From an uncultured virus (IMG/VR IMGVR_UViG_3300044611_002154) (Duplodnaviria > Heunggongvirae > Uroviricota > Caudoviricetes): a stretch of 64,000 nt of DNA. Location: IMG/VR virus record IMGVR_UViG_3300044611_002154; one strand, given 5' to 3'. Shown here one piece after another: positions 8,136 to 18,170 of the stretch (positions are counted from its first letter, which is position 1; each line of letters starts with the position of its first letter). The notes below the pieces were generated by a model. It saw nothing but the letters and a program-made list of their open reading frames with translations. It did no database searches and was not told where the DNA came from. The translations under genes and the position numbers were made by a program.

Positions 8136-8255
8136 TTAAAACCAATGAGGCTTAGGCACGTAGGCAACGCCGCGATAAACGAGCGAAGCCATTTGAGCTT
8201 CACGCAGACGAGCGGCTTTCTCAAGCTGCTGCTTGATTAGGGCAAGAGGGTTCAT
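8136..8255 (-). CDS. 39-aa DUF4278-like peptide (not in the ORF track)
   Basis: Hand translation MNPLALIKQQLEKAARLREAQMASLVYRGVAYVPKPHWF contains the YRGVAY motif. Confidence 0.8.
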   Translation of the reverse strand: MNPLALIKQQLEKAARLREAQMASLVYRGVAYVPKPHWF

Positions 8256-8271
8256 GATGGTTCCCGATGAT

Positions 8272-8325
8272 GCTGCCCCCGTTCCGTGGCAGCGAGCATG
8301 CGCCCCATCGCTGGGGTGAACGTAT
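8272..8325 (-). promoter_or_regulatory. Downstream-peptide (glutamine-II) riboswitch
   Basis: Minus strand reads CGTTCA-CCCCA..TGGGG-CGCA...CACGGAACGGG directly 5' of the YRGVAY peptide. Confidence 0.8.
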
Positions 8326-8341
8326 CTTCAGCTTAGCATGA

Positions 8342-8416
8342 TGCCCCTGACCAGATTCGAACTGGTACTCCTCTGGGCTTAAACCAGATGCCTGCTGCCA
8401 ATTGGGCTACAGGGGC
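8342..8416 (-). tRNA. tRNA-Leu(UAA) with short variable loop
   Basis: Acceptor GCCCCTG/CAGGGGC, anticodon arm TCTGG-TTTAAGC-CCAGA, T arm ACCAG-TTCGAAT-CTGGT; no encoded CCA. Confidence 0.85.
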
Positions 8417-8595
8417 GTGAGGAGCAAAGGTGCTGAGAGCGGGGCTTCAATCCGCCTTTGCACAGCGTTTAACCATGGGTCGGCCCATGGCCTTGGCTCC
8501 ATTTTGTGGCAACGAACAGCATCCCCCGATACTGTTCTTTTAAAACGCTGGCCAGCGTGCTTCGCGAAAGCTTTGAAATCATAACACGACGATGG

Positions 8596-8859
8596 TCAGG
8601 CGTCATATTCTCTTAAGCTTTCACTGCCGTCATGGTCTGGCATGTAGTCATCAGTAGTAGCCTCCGCCTCCCAAGAGCGTTCAAGCTGCTCCTCTTCCTT
8701 CAGTCGCTTGGCATGGGCCTTGAGCTTCGGGAGTAATGTGGGGATGTATAGATGCTCGGCAGCAAGAAGCTGGAGAGAAGTTTGCTTGCTAGTGGGAGCG
8801 TTTTCTAATAGTGCTACGAGGAATTTGGTTTCCTGCATAGTTAATTTACAATAAGTCAC
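8596..8859 (-). CDS. Hypothetical protein
   Basis: 87-aa ORF downstream of terL on the same strand. Confidence 0.55.
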   Translation of the reverse strand: MTYCKLTMQETKFLVALLENAPTSKQTSLQLLAAEHLYIPTLLPKLKAHAKRLKEEEQLERSWEAEATTDDYMPDHDGSESLREYDA

Positions 8860-8890
8860 TTCATGACAGAACTATTGTTTGAAAATCATA

Positions 8891-10261
8891 CTAGGAGATT
8901 AGGCTTTCGATCCAGCCAATGTCATCATCTTTACTCGCGGCAAGAATGGCACCAGCCATTGCAAATGCCAAGTCGTCAATACCAGTGGCTTTGCCACCAG
9001 TTACACTCCATTGCCCACTTGGTTTATAGACCACCGTTAAGTTCTTAAGCTGCATAATTGCCTTCTCGTGACGATAAATATTGATTTGTCCTGCATTGAA
9101 AAGTTCTCGCATTTTGCTGAAAGCTTTCATTTTTGAACTAACTGTCCAAGTGAGTTCTGTGATGGGCAAATCACTAGCCAAGCTTTGAATGGTGCCAGCA
9201 CTATTGAACTGGTCCATCACAATCGTGTCGAAAACGTATAGGCGATGCTGTTCTTTAATCCAATCTTCCACTGCATTGATATTCACTTCCTTTCTTCCAT
9301 TGATTTCAAAATCAGCTACGAACGAATGGAACTTATCCACGACGAGAGTGCCGTTTTCGTAGTGAACAATACAAGCAGTGTAATCGTCGCGGCCAACGCC
9401 ACCACGGGCGGGGTCAAGGGCAAGGACGTAAGCTCCTTGGAATTCAGGGCGTGGTGGTAGTGCTGCACGGCGATCATCAATACAAGCATCAATCACATCG
9501 CTATTGACTAGCGCCGAAAGATTGGAGGCGAATTGTGCTCCATACTCAACCTTAAACTTTTCGGGATCACGCTGTCTTTCTGTGTCAAGAAACTCTTGCG
9601 AAATATTGGGGTTCATCTCCCACGTTGGGAGATTCACTGCTTGCATGAAAGGGAAGCGCCCTGATGATGCTTCTTTGAAATGCTGGTAGAAAATACCATC
9701 GGTCAACCATGGAGAGGAAAGTTCAAGGATGCGTCCTTTTCCTCCGAACTGAGCAATGGCGGGTGAGAGTGCGTCATAAATGCCCCTTCCTCCGCTGTTT
9801 GCATCGCCTTCAGTGGCAAATGCAAGCTCGTCAAACACTGCTCCAGCGCAGGCAAGACCACGAGCCGCACGGCCTGATGTGGGAATAGCTTTGAATACGC
9901 AATTATTGCTGAGTTCAATGATGTCGGCAGTTTCGCGAACAATTTCTTGAGCGAAGGGACTTTCAATGATTAATTGGCGGATGTTGTTCAGAGCAATACG
10001 GGCCTGATCTTGGCTGTTGGCCACCGTCACCACGTACCATCGCTCCCCTTTTCTAACTTTGCGGCGATATTCTTCTTCCAGAACAAAGCACATATAGAGG
10101 CAAGCCACTGCGGCCATCAAGGTTTTGCCACTTCTTCTCCCCAAGGCCCACACTGCATGAGACTTTCCTGGCTGAAAAAATTCATCCAGAATGCGAGCCT
10201 GTGCTGGATAAAGCTCTAGACCGAGGGCGTGCTTAGCGAATTGACTGCAAGTAAGGTTCAC
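8891..10261 (-). CDS. terL: Terminase large subunit
   Basis: Walker A GRRSGKT, Walker B VFDE, nuclease motifs ALDPA and DDLAFA. Confidence 0.92.
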   Translation of the reverse strand: MNLTCSQFAKHALGLELYPAQARILDEFFQPGKSHAVWALGRRSGKTLMAAVACLYMCFVLEEEYRRKVRKGERWYVVTVANSQDQARIALNNIRQLIIESPFAQEIVRETADIIELSNNCVFKAIPTSGRAARGLACAGAVFDELAFATEGDANSGGRGIYDALSPAIAQFGGKGRILELSSPWLTDGIFYQHFKEASSGRFPFMQAVNLPTWEMNPNISQEFLDTERQRDPEKFKVEYGAQFASNLSALVNSDVIDACIDDRRAALPPRPEFQGAYVLALDPARGGVGRDDYTACIVHYENGTLVVDKFHSFVADFEINGRKEVNINAVEDWIKEQHRLYVFDTIVMDQFNSAGTIQSLASDLPITELTWTVSSKMKAFSKMRELFNAGQINIYRHEKAIMQLKNLTVVYKPSGQWSVTGGKATGIDDLAFAMAGAILAASKDDDIGWIESLIS

Positions 10262-10752
10262 TTCAATAAAGACAAAGAAAGTAGTTCAGTTTTGGGGGCA
10301 AAATATGCGAGGCGCCCACCTGCTGGATCTTTTTTCCATTGTTCCTTCATTGCATCACCAGCCTTGATCCAGCCATGGATGAGGGTAATGCGATTTTGAA
10401 TCGTGACGAGCACCAATATCTTACCTGGACTTTCGTCTAGTTGCACTATTAAATCGTAATAATGTTTGGAGCGAGTTTTAACATCAATATTTGGAGGAAG
10501 ATCCGCAGAGCCACGTTTTGCCTCTGTTTCTTGGTAGAGCTTATCTTCCATGCCAAGCATCACGGCGACTGCCATTTCTCCCGCAGCTCCGAGTAAGTGA
10601 TGGCGCAGTGCTAAATCTCCATTCTCCGCTCCATTGTTCCTGCCTTTTCTGTTTTGCTTTTCATTGAGAGACTGCCTGCGAAAAGCTTCATCACGAGCCC
10701 GTTGGCGCTGATCAGGAGTGAAGGCAAAGGTGAGTGGCATTAACCAGTCCAT
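10258..10752 (-). CDS. PD-(D/E)XK-like hypothetical protein
   Basis: GAAGEMAVA...D...IDVKT pattern; stop overlaps the terL start. Confidence 0.6.
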   Translation of the reverse strand: MDWLMPLTFAFTPDQRQRARDEAFRRQSLNEKQNRKGRNNGAENGDLALRHHLLGAAGEMAVAVMLGMEDKLYQETEAKRGSADLPPNIDVKTRSKHYYDLIVQLDESPGKILVLVTIQNRITLIHGWIKAGDAMKEQWKKDPAGGRLAYFAPKTELLSLSLLK

Positions 10753-10826
10753 AATGGCCAGCTTCTACGGACAATGTATCCAGGAATTAGACTAAAAGCA
10801 ATACAACATAGCCATTAGCGTTCGTT

Positions 10827-13112
10827 ATGGAAGGCGAAGCAATTGATTTGGGGCATGCTACGGCAGGTGGCATCCGTTCAGACGGCCTTCAAAACGTGCT
10901 GATTGGCATGGGGACTGGTCGTGATAAGAGTCAGTACACGAAAACTACGGCCACCGTCTTCCTGCCGCAAGAGGACCTTGAAAATCTCTATGGCGAATGG
11001 CTACCTCGTCGCATTGTTGACATCTACGCCGATCAAGCCACGAGGAAAGGCTTTAAAGTGTTGTTCGGTGGTGACGGCGTAAGAGCCGAAGAAGTGCAAG
11101 GCATTGAACAAACGATTGAAGACCTCTACATTCTTGAACAGCTCAACCTTGCAGCCAAAAACTCCCGCCTTTATGGGGGTGCTTGTCTACTTCTCTTTAT
11201 TGACGATGGGCGTCCCGCTTACATGCCTGTCGATAAACGTAACATCCGTCGCATTGAAGAAATTGAATGTCTTGATAGATGGCAAATTGCCCCAGTTATC
11301 AACGAAGAAAACTTATACGACTATTCAAAAGCCACTTATTATCAGATCATCTCTGGAGATTTAATTAACGAGCCCACGCTCACTTATATTCATAAAGATA
11401 GGATTTTACGTTTTGATGGTGATTGGCTGCCTTATCGCGTGAGACAGCGTAATTATGGTTGGGGCATGAGCAGTTTGCAAACTGTTTATGACAGCTTCCG
11501 TCATTATTGGACGGGCCTTAATTCTGCTGCAACGCTTCTCACTGAATTTGACATTTTTGTGCATAAAGTGAGGGGCTTAGCTGCGATGCTTGCGGCTGGA
11601 AAGGAAAGCTCCATTCGTGATCGTTTGCAGGTGAATGATATGAGCAAGAGCATTTATCGCGGCTACGCGATTGATGCTGAAAAAGAAGAGCTTGAATTTA
11701 TTAGTCGGAACTTTGGCGGCATCGGGGAAATTTTAGAAAAGCTTCGCGTGGATATTATTGGCGCCAGCAAAATTCCTCATACTGTTCTATTTGGCGAAAG
11801 CCCTGGCGGCTTGGGCTCCACTGGTCGCAGTGAAGAGCGTGATTTCGCAAAAACCTTAGCGGATTACCAAGGCACGCATTTTAAGCGTCCTGTCAAGAAG
11901 CTAATGGAATACATCATGCTTAGCAAAGAAGGCCCAACGAAGGGAGAGCTTCCCGAATCATGGCGCATCTCTTTCAATCCATTGTTCGAGCTTAATGAGC
12001 GCGAAATGGCTGACGTAAGGGCTCGCGTGGCGGCTGTAGATGGCCGTTACATTCAGCTTGGCGTGCTGAGTCCGAAAGAAGTGGCGGACGCTCGTTATGG
12101 TGGCTCTGAGTGGAGCATGGAGCTTACTCTGGATCCATCTGTCATTCGCGAGCTTCCCACTCAAGGCGGGGGTGGCTCCACTCAAAATGGGGGTGGAAAT
12201 GGAGGCAAGCTTGCTGTTCCTCCTGGTGGGCGTGATCCAATGAATGAAGAAAATGGCACGCTTCCCATGGATGGAAGCAGGGAAGTGGAAGACAGCCGGG
12301 AAGATAGTGCTGCTGGCCTTTTCTTGCCTCGTGATCTAGAAGAAATTCGTGGTGACGTAAAATTCACCGATGCCGAGCTTCATTCTCGTGCGGTGAGTGC
12401 CGCCAAGGCAAAATTTAAAGTGTGGCCTTCTGCCTATGCAAGTGGCTATGTAGTGCAGCAATACAAGCAAATGTACAAGAAGAAGCACGGATCCCTAGCT
12501 GGCGCCTTCAAGAGCGACGAAGGTGATTTGCACGCAGATGATCTTGACAGATGGTTCAAAGAAAAGTGGGTGAGGATTGGAGCCAATGGTGAAATCCTTG
12601 GCCCTTGCGGCGCTCGCGAAGAAAAGGAAGGCAAGCCTAAATGCCTTCCTCAGGCAAAAGCTCAGGCCATGAGCAAAGAAGAGCGTCAGACAATCGTGCG
12701 CCGCAAGCGAGCTGCAGATCCAGACCCTGAGCGTAAGGGACCGGCAAAAATGGTCAGCAGCAAAACGGACGCCCAAGATCCGAGTATTCACATGTACAAA
12801 ACGCAACAAGAAGCTGAGGCCACTGCTGCGAAAATTGGATGCGAAGGCTATCACGTTGAGCAAACTGAAGATGGCCCTGTTTACATGCCCTGCTCAACCC
12901 ACGCTCTTTTTGAGAAAAAGCATAAAGAATTTGTATCTCAAAAACAAGATGCGATTGAACCCTTGAAAACCAGCGGACTCATTCTTGCTGATATTGACGA
13001 AGCTTCTCTCATTGATGAAGAGGACATTTCCGCTGCATTGAATCAATGGAAGGAGGAAGCGCCTGAGCGCTTCAAGGATATTCTGGAGGCAGAGGATGTC
13101 CAGCCTCAATGA
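10827..13112 (+). CDS. Portal protein (DUF1073-like) with long C-terminal extension
   Basis: Motifs RRIVD..A.QATRKG, SRLYGGA, IHKDRILRF and IPHTVLFGESPGGL; adjacent to terL. Confidence 0.88.
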   Translation: MEGEAIDLGHATAGGIRSDGLQNVLIGMGTGRDKSQYTKTTATVFLPQEDLENLYGEWLPRRIVDIYADQATRKGFKVLFGGDGVRAEEVQGIEQTIEDLYILEQLNLAAKNSRLYGGACLLLFIDDGRPAYMPVDKRNIRRIEEIECLDRWQIAPVINEENLYDYSKATYYQIISGDLINEPTLTYIHKDRILRFDGDWLPYRVRQRNYGWGMSSLQTVYDSFRHYWTGLNSAATLLTEFDIFVHKVRGLAAMLAAGKESSIRDRLQVNDMSKSIYRGYAIDAEKEELEFISRNFGGIGEILEKLRVDIIGASKIPHTVLFGESPGGLGSTGRSEERDFAKTLADYQGTHFKRPVKKLMEYIMLSKEGPTKGELPESWRISFNPLFELNEREMADVRARVAAVDGRYIQLGVLSPKEVADARYGGSEWSMELTLDPSVIRELPTQGGGGSTQNGGGNGGKLAVPPGGRDPMNEENGTLPMDGSREVEDSREDSAAGLFLPRDLEEIRGDVKFTDAELHSRAVSAAKAKFKVWPSAYASGYVVQQYKQMYKKKHGSLAGAFKSDEGDLHADDLDRWFKEKWVRIGANGEILGPCGAREEKEGKPKCLPQAKAQAMSKEERQTIVRRKRAADPDPERKGPAKMVSSKTDAQDPSIHMYKTQQEAEATAAKIGCEGYHVEQTEDGPVYMPCSTHALFEKKHKEFVSQKQDAIEPLKTSGLILADIDEASLIDEEDISAALNQWKEEAPERFKDILEAEDVQPQ

Positions 13113-13776
13113 TCTTTCTCAATTTTCTGAAGCCATTGTTCGTTTTGATGAATCATCCTGGCGTTACGACCCTATCAGTGGTCGGTATCGCGGCGCTAAT
13201 GGACGCTTTCTCAGCGCTCGCGCAGTGGAAGCACTGGTGGATGGTCGAATTAATAAGCTTGGCGCTGAGCTACGGCGTTTTACACGTATGCTTAGCGCTG
13301 GTGATATTACGCTGGACCAATGGCAAGGAAGCGTGAGGGAAGCGCTTAAGCTTGTCCACGTACAGGCAGCAATCATCGGCAATGGTGGCAGAGAAACCAT
13401 GCGGGCAAACGACTGGGGGCGCATCGGGCAGCGTCTCCGTGTGGAATATGCTTACTTACAGGGCTTTGCTCGCGATCTTTTGGATGGCCGCGTTTCTAGT
13501 GCCATGGCTCTTGCTCGTATCGGGCTGTATGCTCAGAGCGTGCGAGGTAGTTTTTGGGAAGGCGCCAGTATTCGTCAAGAAAAGCAAGGATACTCTCTAA
13601 TGAGACGCATCCTTGATTCCCAGGCGAAGCATTGCCAAGATTGCCTTGACTATGCGGCTCGTGGCATGGTCCCCATTGGAAGCTTGCCTCTTCCTGGGCA
13701 ACGCTGCGCATGCCGTGCTAACTGCCGATGCACCGTAAAATACTTCCGACAGCAAGCGCCGACTGTGGCAGTTTGA
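13096..13776 (+). CDS. Head morphogenesis (MuF-like) protein
   Basis: Follows the portal; HCQDC...PLPG..C.CRANCRC motif. Confidence 0.7.
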   Translation: MSSLNDLSQFSEAIVRFDESSWRYDPISGRYRGANGRFLSARAVEALVDGRINKLGAELRRFTRMLSAGDITLDQWQGSVREALKLVHVQAAIIGNGGRETMRANDWGRIGQRLRVEYAYLQGFARDLLDGRVSSAMALARIGLYAQSVRGSFWEGASIRQEKQGYSLMRRILDSQAKHCQDCLDYAARGMVPIGSLPLPGQRCACRANCRCTVKYFRQQAPTVAV

Positions 13777-13777
13777 G

Positions 13778-14500
13778 ATGGACGTTTTAGTTGGCAGCAC
13801 GGGTCTCATTGGACAAGTGCTCCGTGAGGCGCATGAGTTTGGCGCCTGCTTCCATTCCAAAAACATTCACGAGGCTCCACTGCTTAAGGAGCCCATTGAA
13901 AGGCTGTACTTGGCTTGCATGCCAGCGGAGAAATGGAAAGCAAACGCTGCGCCACTGGACGACTTTGACAATATGAATAACATCATTCAAAACATCCGAC
14001 ATCTTCCAAGCCCAGCGGAAGTCATTGTTTATTCAACGATTGACGTGCATGGGCAAACAGCGTATTATGCAGACGGCACGCCTGAAATTTTTGCTATTGA
14101 CTACGGCACCAATCGCTACATCTTTGAAATGCTCGTGAAGGCGGTATTCCTTGATTCAGTGGTGACAATCATTCGCCTTCCTGCATTGTTTCATCGCCTT
14201 ATTAAGAAGAATATTCTGTTTGATCTATTGACAAACAATAATGTGGAGAAGATCAATGCAAACTCTGCCTATCAATGGTATTGTTTAGATGATCTATGGA
14301 AGGACACGAAGAAAGCAATTAGTGGCACTACGAACGAATTTTACACAGCTCCCATTGAAACAGCGGAAATCGTTGAACGCTTCTTCCCTGACGCGAAAGT
14401 AGGCAGTGGACCACGCATTGAATACAACATTCCTCCATATAAATATGACAAGGCGAAGATAATGAAGAAGATGGAGGCTTTTATCAATGCTTGGAATTAG
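13778..14500 (+). CDS. NAD(P)-binding epimerase/dehydratase-like protein
   Basis: Motifs VGSTGLIG, STIDV, YGTNR and IIRLPALF. Confidence 0.75.
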   Translation: MDVLVGSTGLIGQVLREAHEFGACFHSKNIHEAPLLKEPIERLYLACMPAEKWKANAAPLDDFDNMNNIIQNIRHLPSPAEVIVYSTIDVHGQTAYYADGTPEIFAIDYGTNRYIFEMLVKAVFLDSVVTIIRLPALFHRLIKKNILFDLLTNNNVEKINANSAYQWYCLDDLWKDTKKAISGTTNEFYTAPIETAEIVERFFPDAKVGSGPRIEYNIPPYKYDKAKIMKKMEAFINAWN

Positions 14501-15227
14501 CGCTATCGGCTGGAAGGATGAAGAGGAGGAGCAGATTTTAAGCGCAAATGCTGGAGCGTTTAATGTGCTAGAAATTATTCCTGCGCGTATCTTTGCTCAA
14601 AACAAAGACTATGCCGATATTGCCAAAGAATACCGCGAAAGCTATGGGCTATGGGCCTATTCGGCGCAGGCTTTATTCTTTCAAAGTAACGTGCAAAGCT
14701 TTGAAGACACTGCAGCAGTGTCCGAGCATTTGTTAAAAGTGATCAGCCTTGGCTCCCTCATGGGAATCAAGCGCTTCGTACTAGGTAGCCCCGGCTTGAG
14801 AAAGGGAAGTCCTTCCTGTTTGATGAATGTTCTGAAGCGCATGGATGCAGTGTTGGATGCAAATGGAGCCATTCTTTGCATTGAGCCTGTAGCGAAATGC
14901 TACGGAGGCTCTTATTTCTTCACAGTCAACGAGATTGTCAATCACATTGATTTTTGCAATTTGAAGAATGTTAAGACGATGCTTGACACGAATAACGCTT
15001 GGCTTCAAGGCGATAGCCCTAAAAAGCTACTGAATCATTATTGGCCATACATTGCTCACGTGCATATCAGCGACACTGACAATGGACCGCTGCTAAATAA
15101 ATACGAGCACAGGCAAATTAAGGGAATGCTTGATGGTATTAACTACGAGGGCGCGATTGTGCGCGAGCTATTTCAAGCCAAGAAGAATATGCGCGACTAT
15201 CCGCTGTTCCGCAGCATTTACGCTTGA
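14487..15227 (+). CDS. Sugar phosphate isomerase/epimerase (TIM barrel)
   Basis: Motifs VLGSP, CIEP, MLDT and HVHISD. Confidence 0.75.
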   Translation: MLGISAIGWKDEEEEQILSANAGAFNVLEIIPARIFAQNKDYADIAKEYRESYGLWAYSAQALFFQSNVQSFEDTAAVSEHLLKVISLGSLMGIKRFVLGSPGLRKGSPSCLMNVLKRMDAVLDANGAILCIEPVAKCYGGSYFFTVNEIVNHIDFCNLKNVKTMLDTNNAWLQGDSPKKLLNHYWPYIAHVHISDTDNGPLLNKYEHRQIKGMLDGINYEGAIVRELFQAKKNMRDYPLFRSIYA

Positions 15228-16198
15228 AACATGGCTTCTTTTGCCATCTCTTCGATGGCATAGATGCCTTGAATTTTGCCAGTGTAAAAAGACAGCAGAT
15301 TATCCTGTTGCCTAAAAATGGGAACGCGTTGAGCGCTGGCGTTTTTGCATTTTGCTTTAATTGATACCACAAGGAATGCGTATTTAAAATAATCATGAAA
15401 CTCGGACCAGTAGCGCACCACGTGATCCTCGATTAGCTGGCGCTTTTCCTTCAGTTGACCATAATTTTTGCTGAAACAATTTGTTTCTTTTTGCTCAATA
15501 ACGCCAAGCTTCACATGACTCAGCGAGAACATTGAAGATCCGTATGGATAGATGGAGAACAGCTCGCCATCAATAAAAGTGAGTGCGCCGAATGGGGGCG
15601 TTTTGATGGGACGATAAACAAACATTGCCACTGCCTCAAAATAGTCCCCATCAAGAATTGGCAGCAAGGAATTGTTTGTGCAATCAATGACGAAATCATA
15701 ATCTTGCTTCAAAAAAGCAAGTGAATTGTCATTGATTTCATCCCTTCTCGCAATGGGAGCCAATAGCTCATCAAAGTAATTGCCAGCGGCAGTTGGAGAA
15801 ATATATTTCTCAATGGTATGTAGAAGCAGTGAGGAACGATTAAGGAAGTTCGCATCGGCTTCCGCGTGTGGCCAATCTTTAAAAATAAGGCGAATCGTTT
15901 CTGCGTCCAACAAGCTTTCGTCTTCTGACACTGCATAGAAATTATTCTGCACGTTTTCCGTTAGATGGCCATAGTCCATCATGAACTGTTCAAACGTATT
16001 CCTGCACAACATGCGCGTGGCATGATTCCTGGCGTAGTGATAGCCATAGTGCAATCGGTTCTGATTGATTAACGATGCTTCGGAGATGAGCATTTCATTG
16101 CGCTCAAACAAAGTCACATCGGCTTTGTTCATCAAGCGTGAAGCTAAATGGCACCCCGTCCAGCCACCACCGACGATTGCAATCTTAAGCGCCATCAA
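15218..16198 (-). CDS. FAD-dependent oxidoreductase
   Basis: Motifs IVGGGWTG, NQNRLHYGYHY and GKI. Confidence 0.8.
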   Translation of the reverse strand: MMALKIAIVGGGWTGCHLASRLMNKADVTLFERNEMLISEASLINQNRLHYGYHYARNHATRMLCRNTFEQFMMDYGHLTENVQNNFYAVSEDESLLDAETIRLIFKDWPHAEADANFLNRSSLLLHTIEKYISPTAAGNYFDELLAPIARRDEINDNSLAFLKQDYDFVIDCTNNSLLPILDGDYFEAVAMFVYRPIKTPPFGALTFIDGELFSIYPYGSSMFSLSHVKLGVIEQKETNCFSKNYGQLKEKRQLIEDHVVRYWSEFHDYFKYAFLVVSIKAKCKNASAQRVPIFRQQDNLLSFYTGKIQGIYAIEEMAKEAMFQA

Positions 16199-16884
16199 AT
16201 GTCAATGCAAAGCGTTGGCTGCACTCCTTGCCAATTTGACTTGGCCTTGAATAAGTCCAACTGTGGGAAGTATTCTATGCGGCGAGGCATGCCGGTTCCA
16301 TAGACATCAGCATGCCCTTGATAGTTCCATTCATCTGGGCCATGCTTGTTTGGGTGGTAAAGGCCAGTAGGTGAATCCTGCAGTTTCCAGAGCATGTAGT
16401 CCTCGTTAGGCACTCCCCATTGTTTCCATGCTTGCAACGCCTGTGGTGAGCTGTCCATGTTCTTAATCGCCATGAGACGGTCCTTATGGTGCATGAGGTA
16501 GTCCATGCTGTAAAGGCCAATGCTCATTGATGGTGTATGTTTCATCGCCACCTTCTCAAAACCTTCTGGAGGGTCGTAGGCAAGGCTTTTGAAGGCAGGC
16601 CCAGCAATGCAAGTGTCGTGAAGGAGAAACCAGAAGGGGCTTGTCAGATGGTGTTCAACAATTTCAATGAGGGGCGCGTATTCAAAAGAGTTTTGCGGAG
16701 TGCAAATCATCGGCACATCGCCATAATGGTCAATTTGCCAATTCTCTTGACCCCCATTGACGATCAAGATTTCGTCAGTACTGATACCTGCACGAGTGAG
16801 AGAAGGGATAATTACAGGCAGCGTATGAACAGCAAATTTATTACAGGTGCTAATGCAGAAGCGCACAGAAGACGGTGGCAACAT
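16195..16884 (-). CDS. Glycosyltransferase-like protein (GT-A)
   Basis: N-terminal strand/helix pattern of GT-A enzymes, FLLHDT and NED motifs; cluster context. Confidence 0.55.
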   Translation of the reverse strand: MLPPSSVRFCISTCNKFAVHTLPVIIPSLTRAGISTDEILIVNGGQENWQIDHYGDVPMICTPQNSFEYAPLIEIVEHHLTSPFWFLLHDTCIAGPAFKSLAYDPPEGFEKVAMKHTPSMSIGLYSMDYLMHHKDRLMAIKNMDSSPQALQAWKQWGVPNEDYMLWKLQDSPTGLYHPNKHGPDEWNYQGHADVYGTGMPRRIEYFPQLDLFKAKSNWQGVQPTLCIDI

Positions 16885-16946
16885 GACTTTCTCCTTGTGC
16901 CGTCAGTATAGAAGCTGCTTATGATGACGAAGATTCCAAGAGAAAC

Positions 16947-18170
16947 ATGGCAAAAATTCTCTACGCTGGCGACGCATTTGTAGAAACGGGATTTGGGCGA
17001 GTGGCCCAATACCTGTTACCTGCTCTGGATGAGAAGCATGAAGTGGTGGTGATGAGCACGAACTACCACGGTGACCCTCATCCCGAGGCGAAGAAATATA
17101 AGGTGTATCCAGCCATGCTGCATGGATCCGATCCGTTTGGGTCGCATCGCATTTCTGAAATCATTCAGAAGGAAAAACCTGATCTGGTATGGGTGACAAA
17201 TGATATTTGGGTGGCGCTTACTTTATGGGACAGGGCGAAGCCATTCAAGGAGCAAATTGGGTTTAAATGGTTTGTTTACACTCCCATTGATTCCTATGGT
17301 TTATTTCCTGAGTTAAACGCGAAGATGCAAGAATGGGATGGTCTCGCCACCTATACGCTATTCGCAAATAACGAATTAATTCGCATGGGTTATGACAAGA
17401 CAGTTGACATCATCGGCCACGGCACTGATTTTGAAAAATTCTTTCCACTTGACAAGCAGCAATGTCGTCAAGAACTTGGCGTGCCGCAAGACGCATTTAT
17501 CGTCTTCAACGGCAACAGGAATCAACCGAGAAAGCGCATTGACCTTACGCTGAAAGCTTTTGTTAAGTTCGCCAAAGATAAAGACGACGCTCGCCTGTGG
17601 TTAAACATGGGCAGCAAAGACTTGGGATGGGACATTATCCCGTTGTTCAAGCGAATTGCTCGCGACGAGGAGCTTGATCCTACTGGCAAGCTTATTCTTA
17701 CTAGTCCTCATTTTTCCACTGATAATTGTTTGCCAGTGGAGCAACTGAACAAAGTATACAATGCGGTTGATGTGGGCATCAATACTTGCATTGGTGAGGG
17801 TTGGGGCTTGGTCAATACTGAACATGGCTCCGTTGGCGTGGCGCAAGTTGTTCCCGACCATACAAGCTTGGCTGAAATTTTTGACGAACTGCCACGCATT
17901 ACTTGCAACGCCTCTGAGACTGACCGCAATTATGGTCTTGAGCGTCTGCTTCCTGATCCCGAGAGTGCTGCAGAAATCTTGTCGTATTACTACGAAAACC
18001 GCAATGCACTGAAGAAAGACGGGCAATGGTGCTACAAGCGTTTGCATGAAGAGCCATTTACTTGGCCGTATATTCAGCGGCAGTTGCTTGGCGTGGTAGA
18101 ACGCACTCTCAATGCAAAGGCCGCTGAGCCCGAATTTAAAGGCTTTGGCACTCCCGCAAAAATTGCTTGA
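16947..18170 (+). CDS. Glycosyltransferase (GT-B, GT4-like)
   Basis: Motifs TGFGRV, NRNQPRKR and GEGWGLVNTE. Confidence 0.88.
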   Translation: MAKILYAGDAFVETGFGRVAQYLLPALDEKHEVVVMSTNYHGDPHPEAKKYKVYPAMLHGSDPFGSHRISEIIQKEKPDLVWVTNDIWVALTLWDRAKPFKEQIGFKWFVYTPIDSYGLFPELNAKMQEWDGLATYTLFANNELIRMGYDKTVDIIGHGTDFEKFFPLDKQQCRQELGVPQDAFIVFNGNRNQPRKRIDLTLKAFVKFAKDKDDARLWLNMGSKDLGWDIIPLFKRIARDEELDPTGKLILTSPHFSTDNCLPVEQLNKVYNAVDVGINTCIGEGWGLVNTEHGSVGVAQVVPDHTSLAEIFDELPRITCNASETDRNYGLERLLPDPESAAEILSYYYENRNALKKDGQWCYKRLHEEPFTWPYIQRQLLGVVERTLNAKAAEPEFKGFGTPAKIA

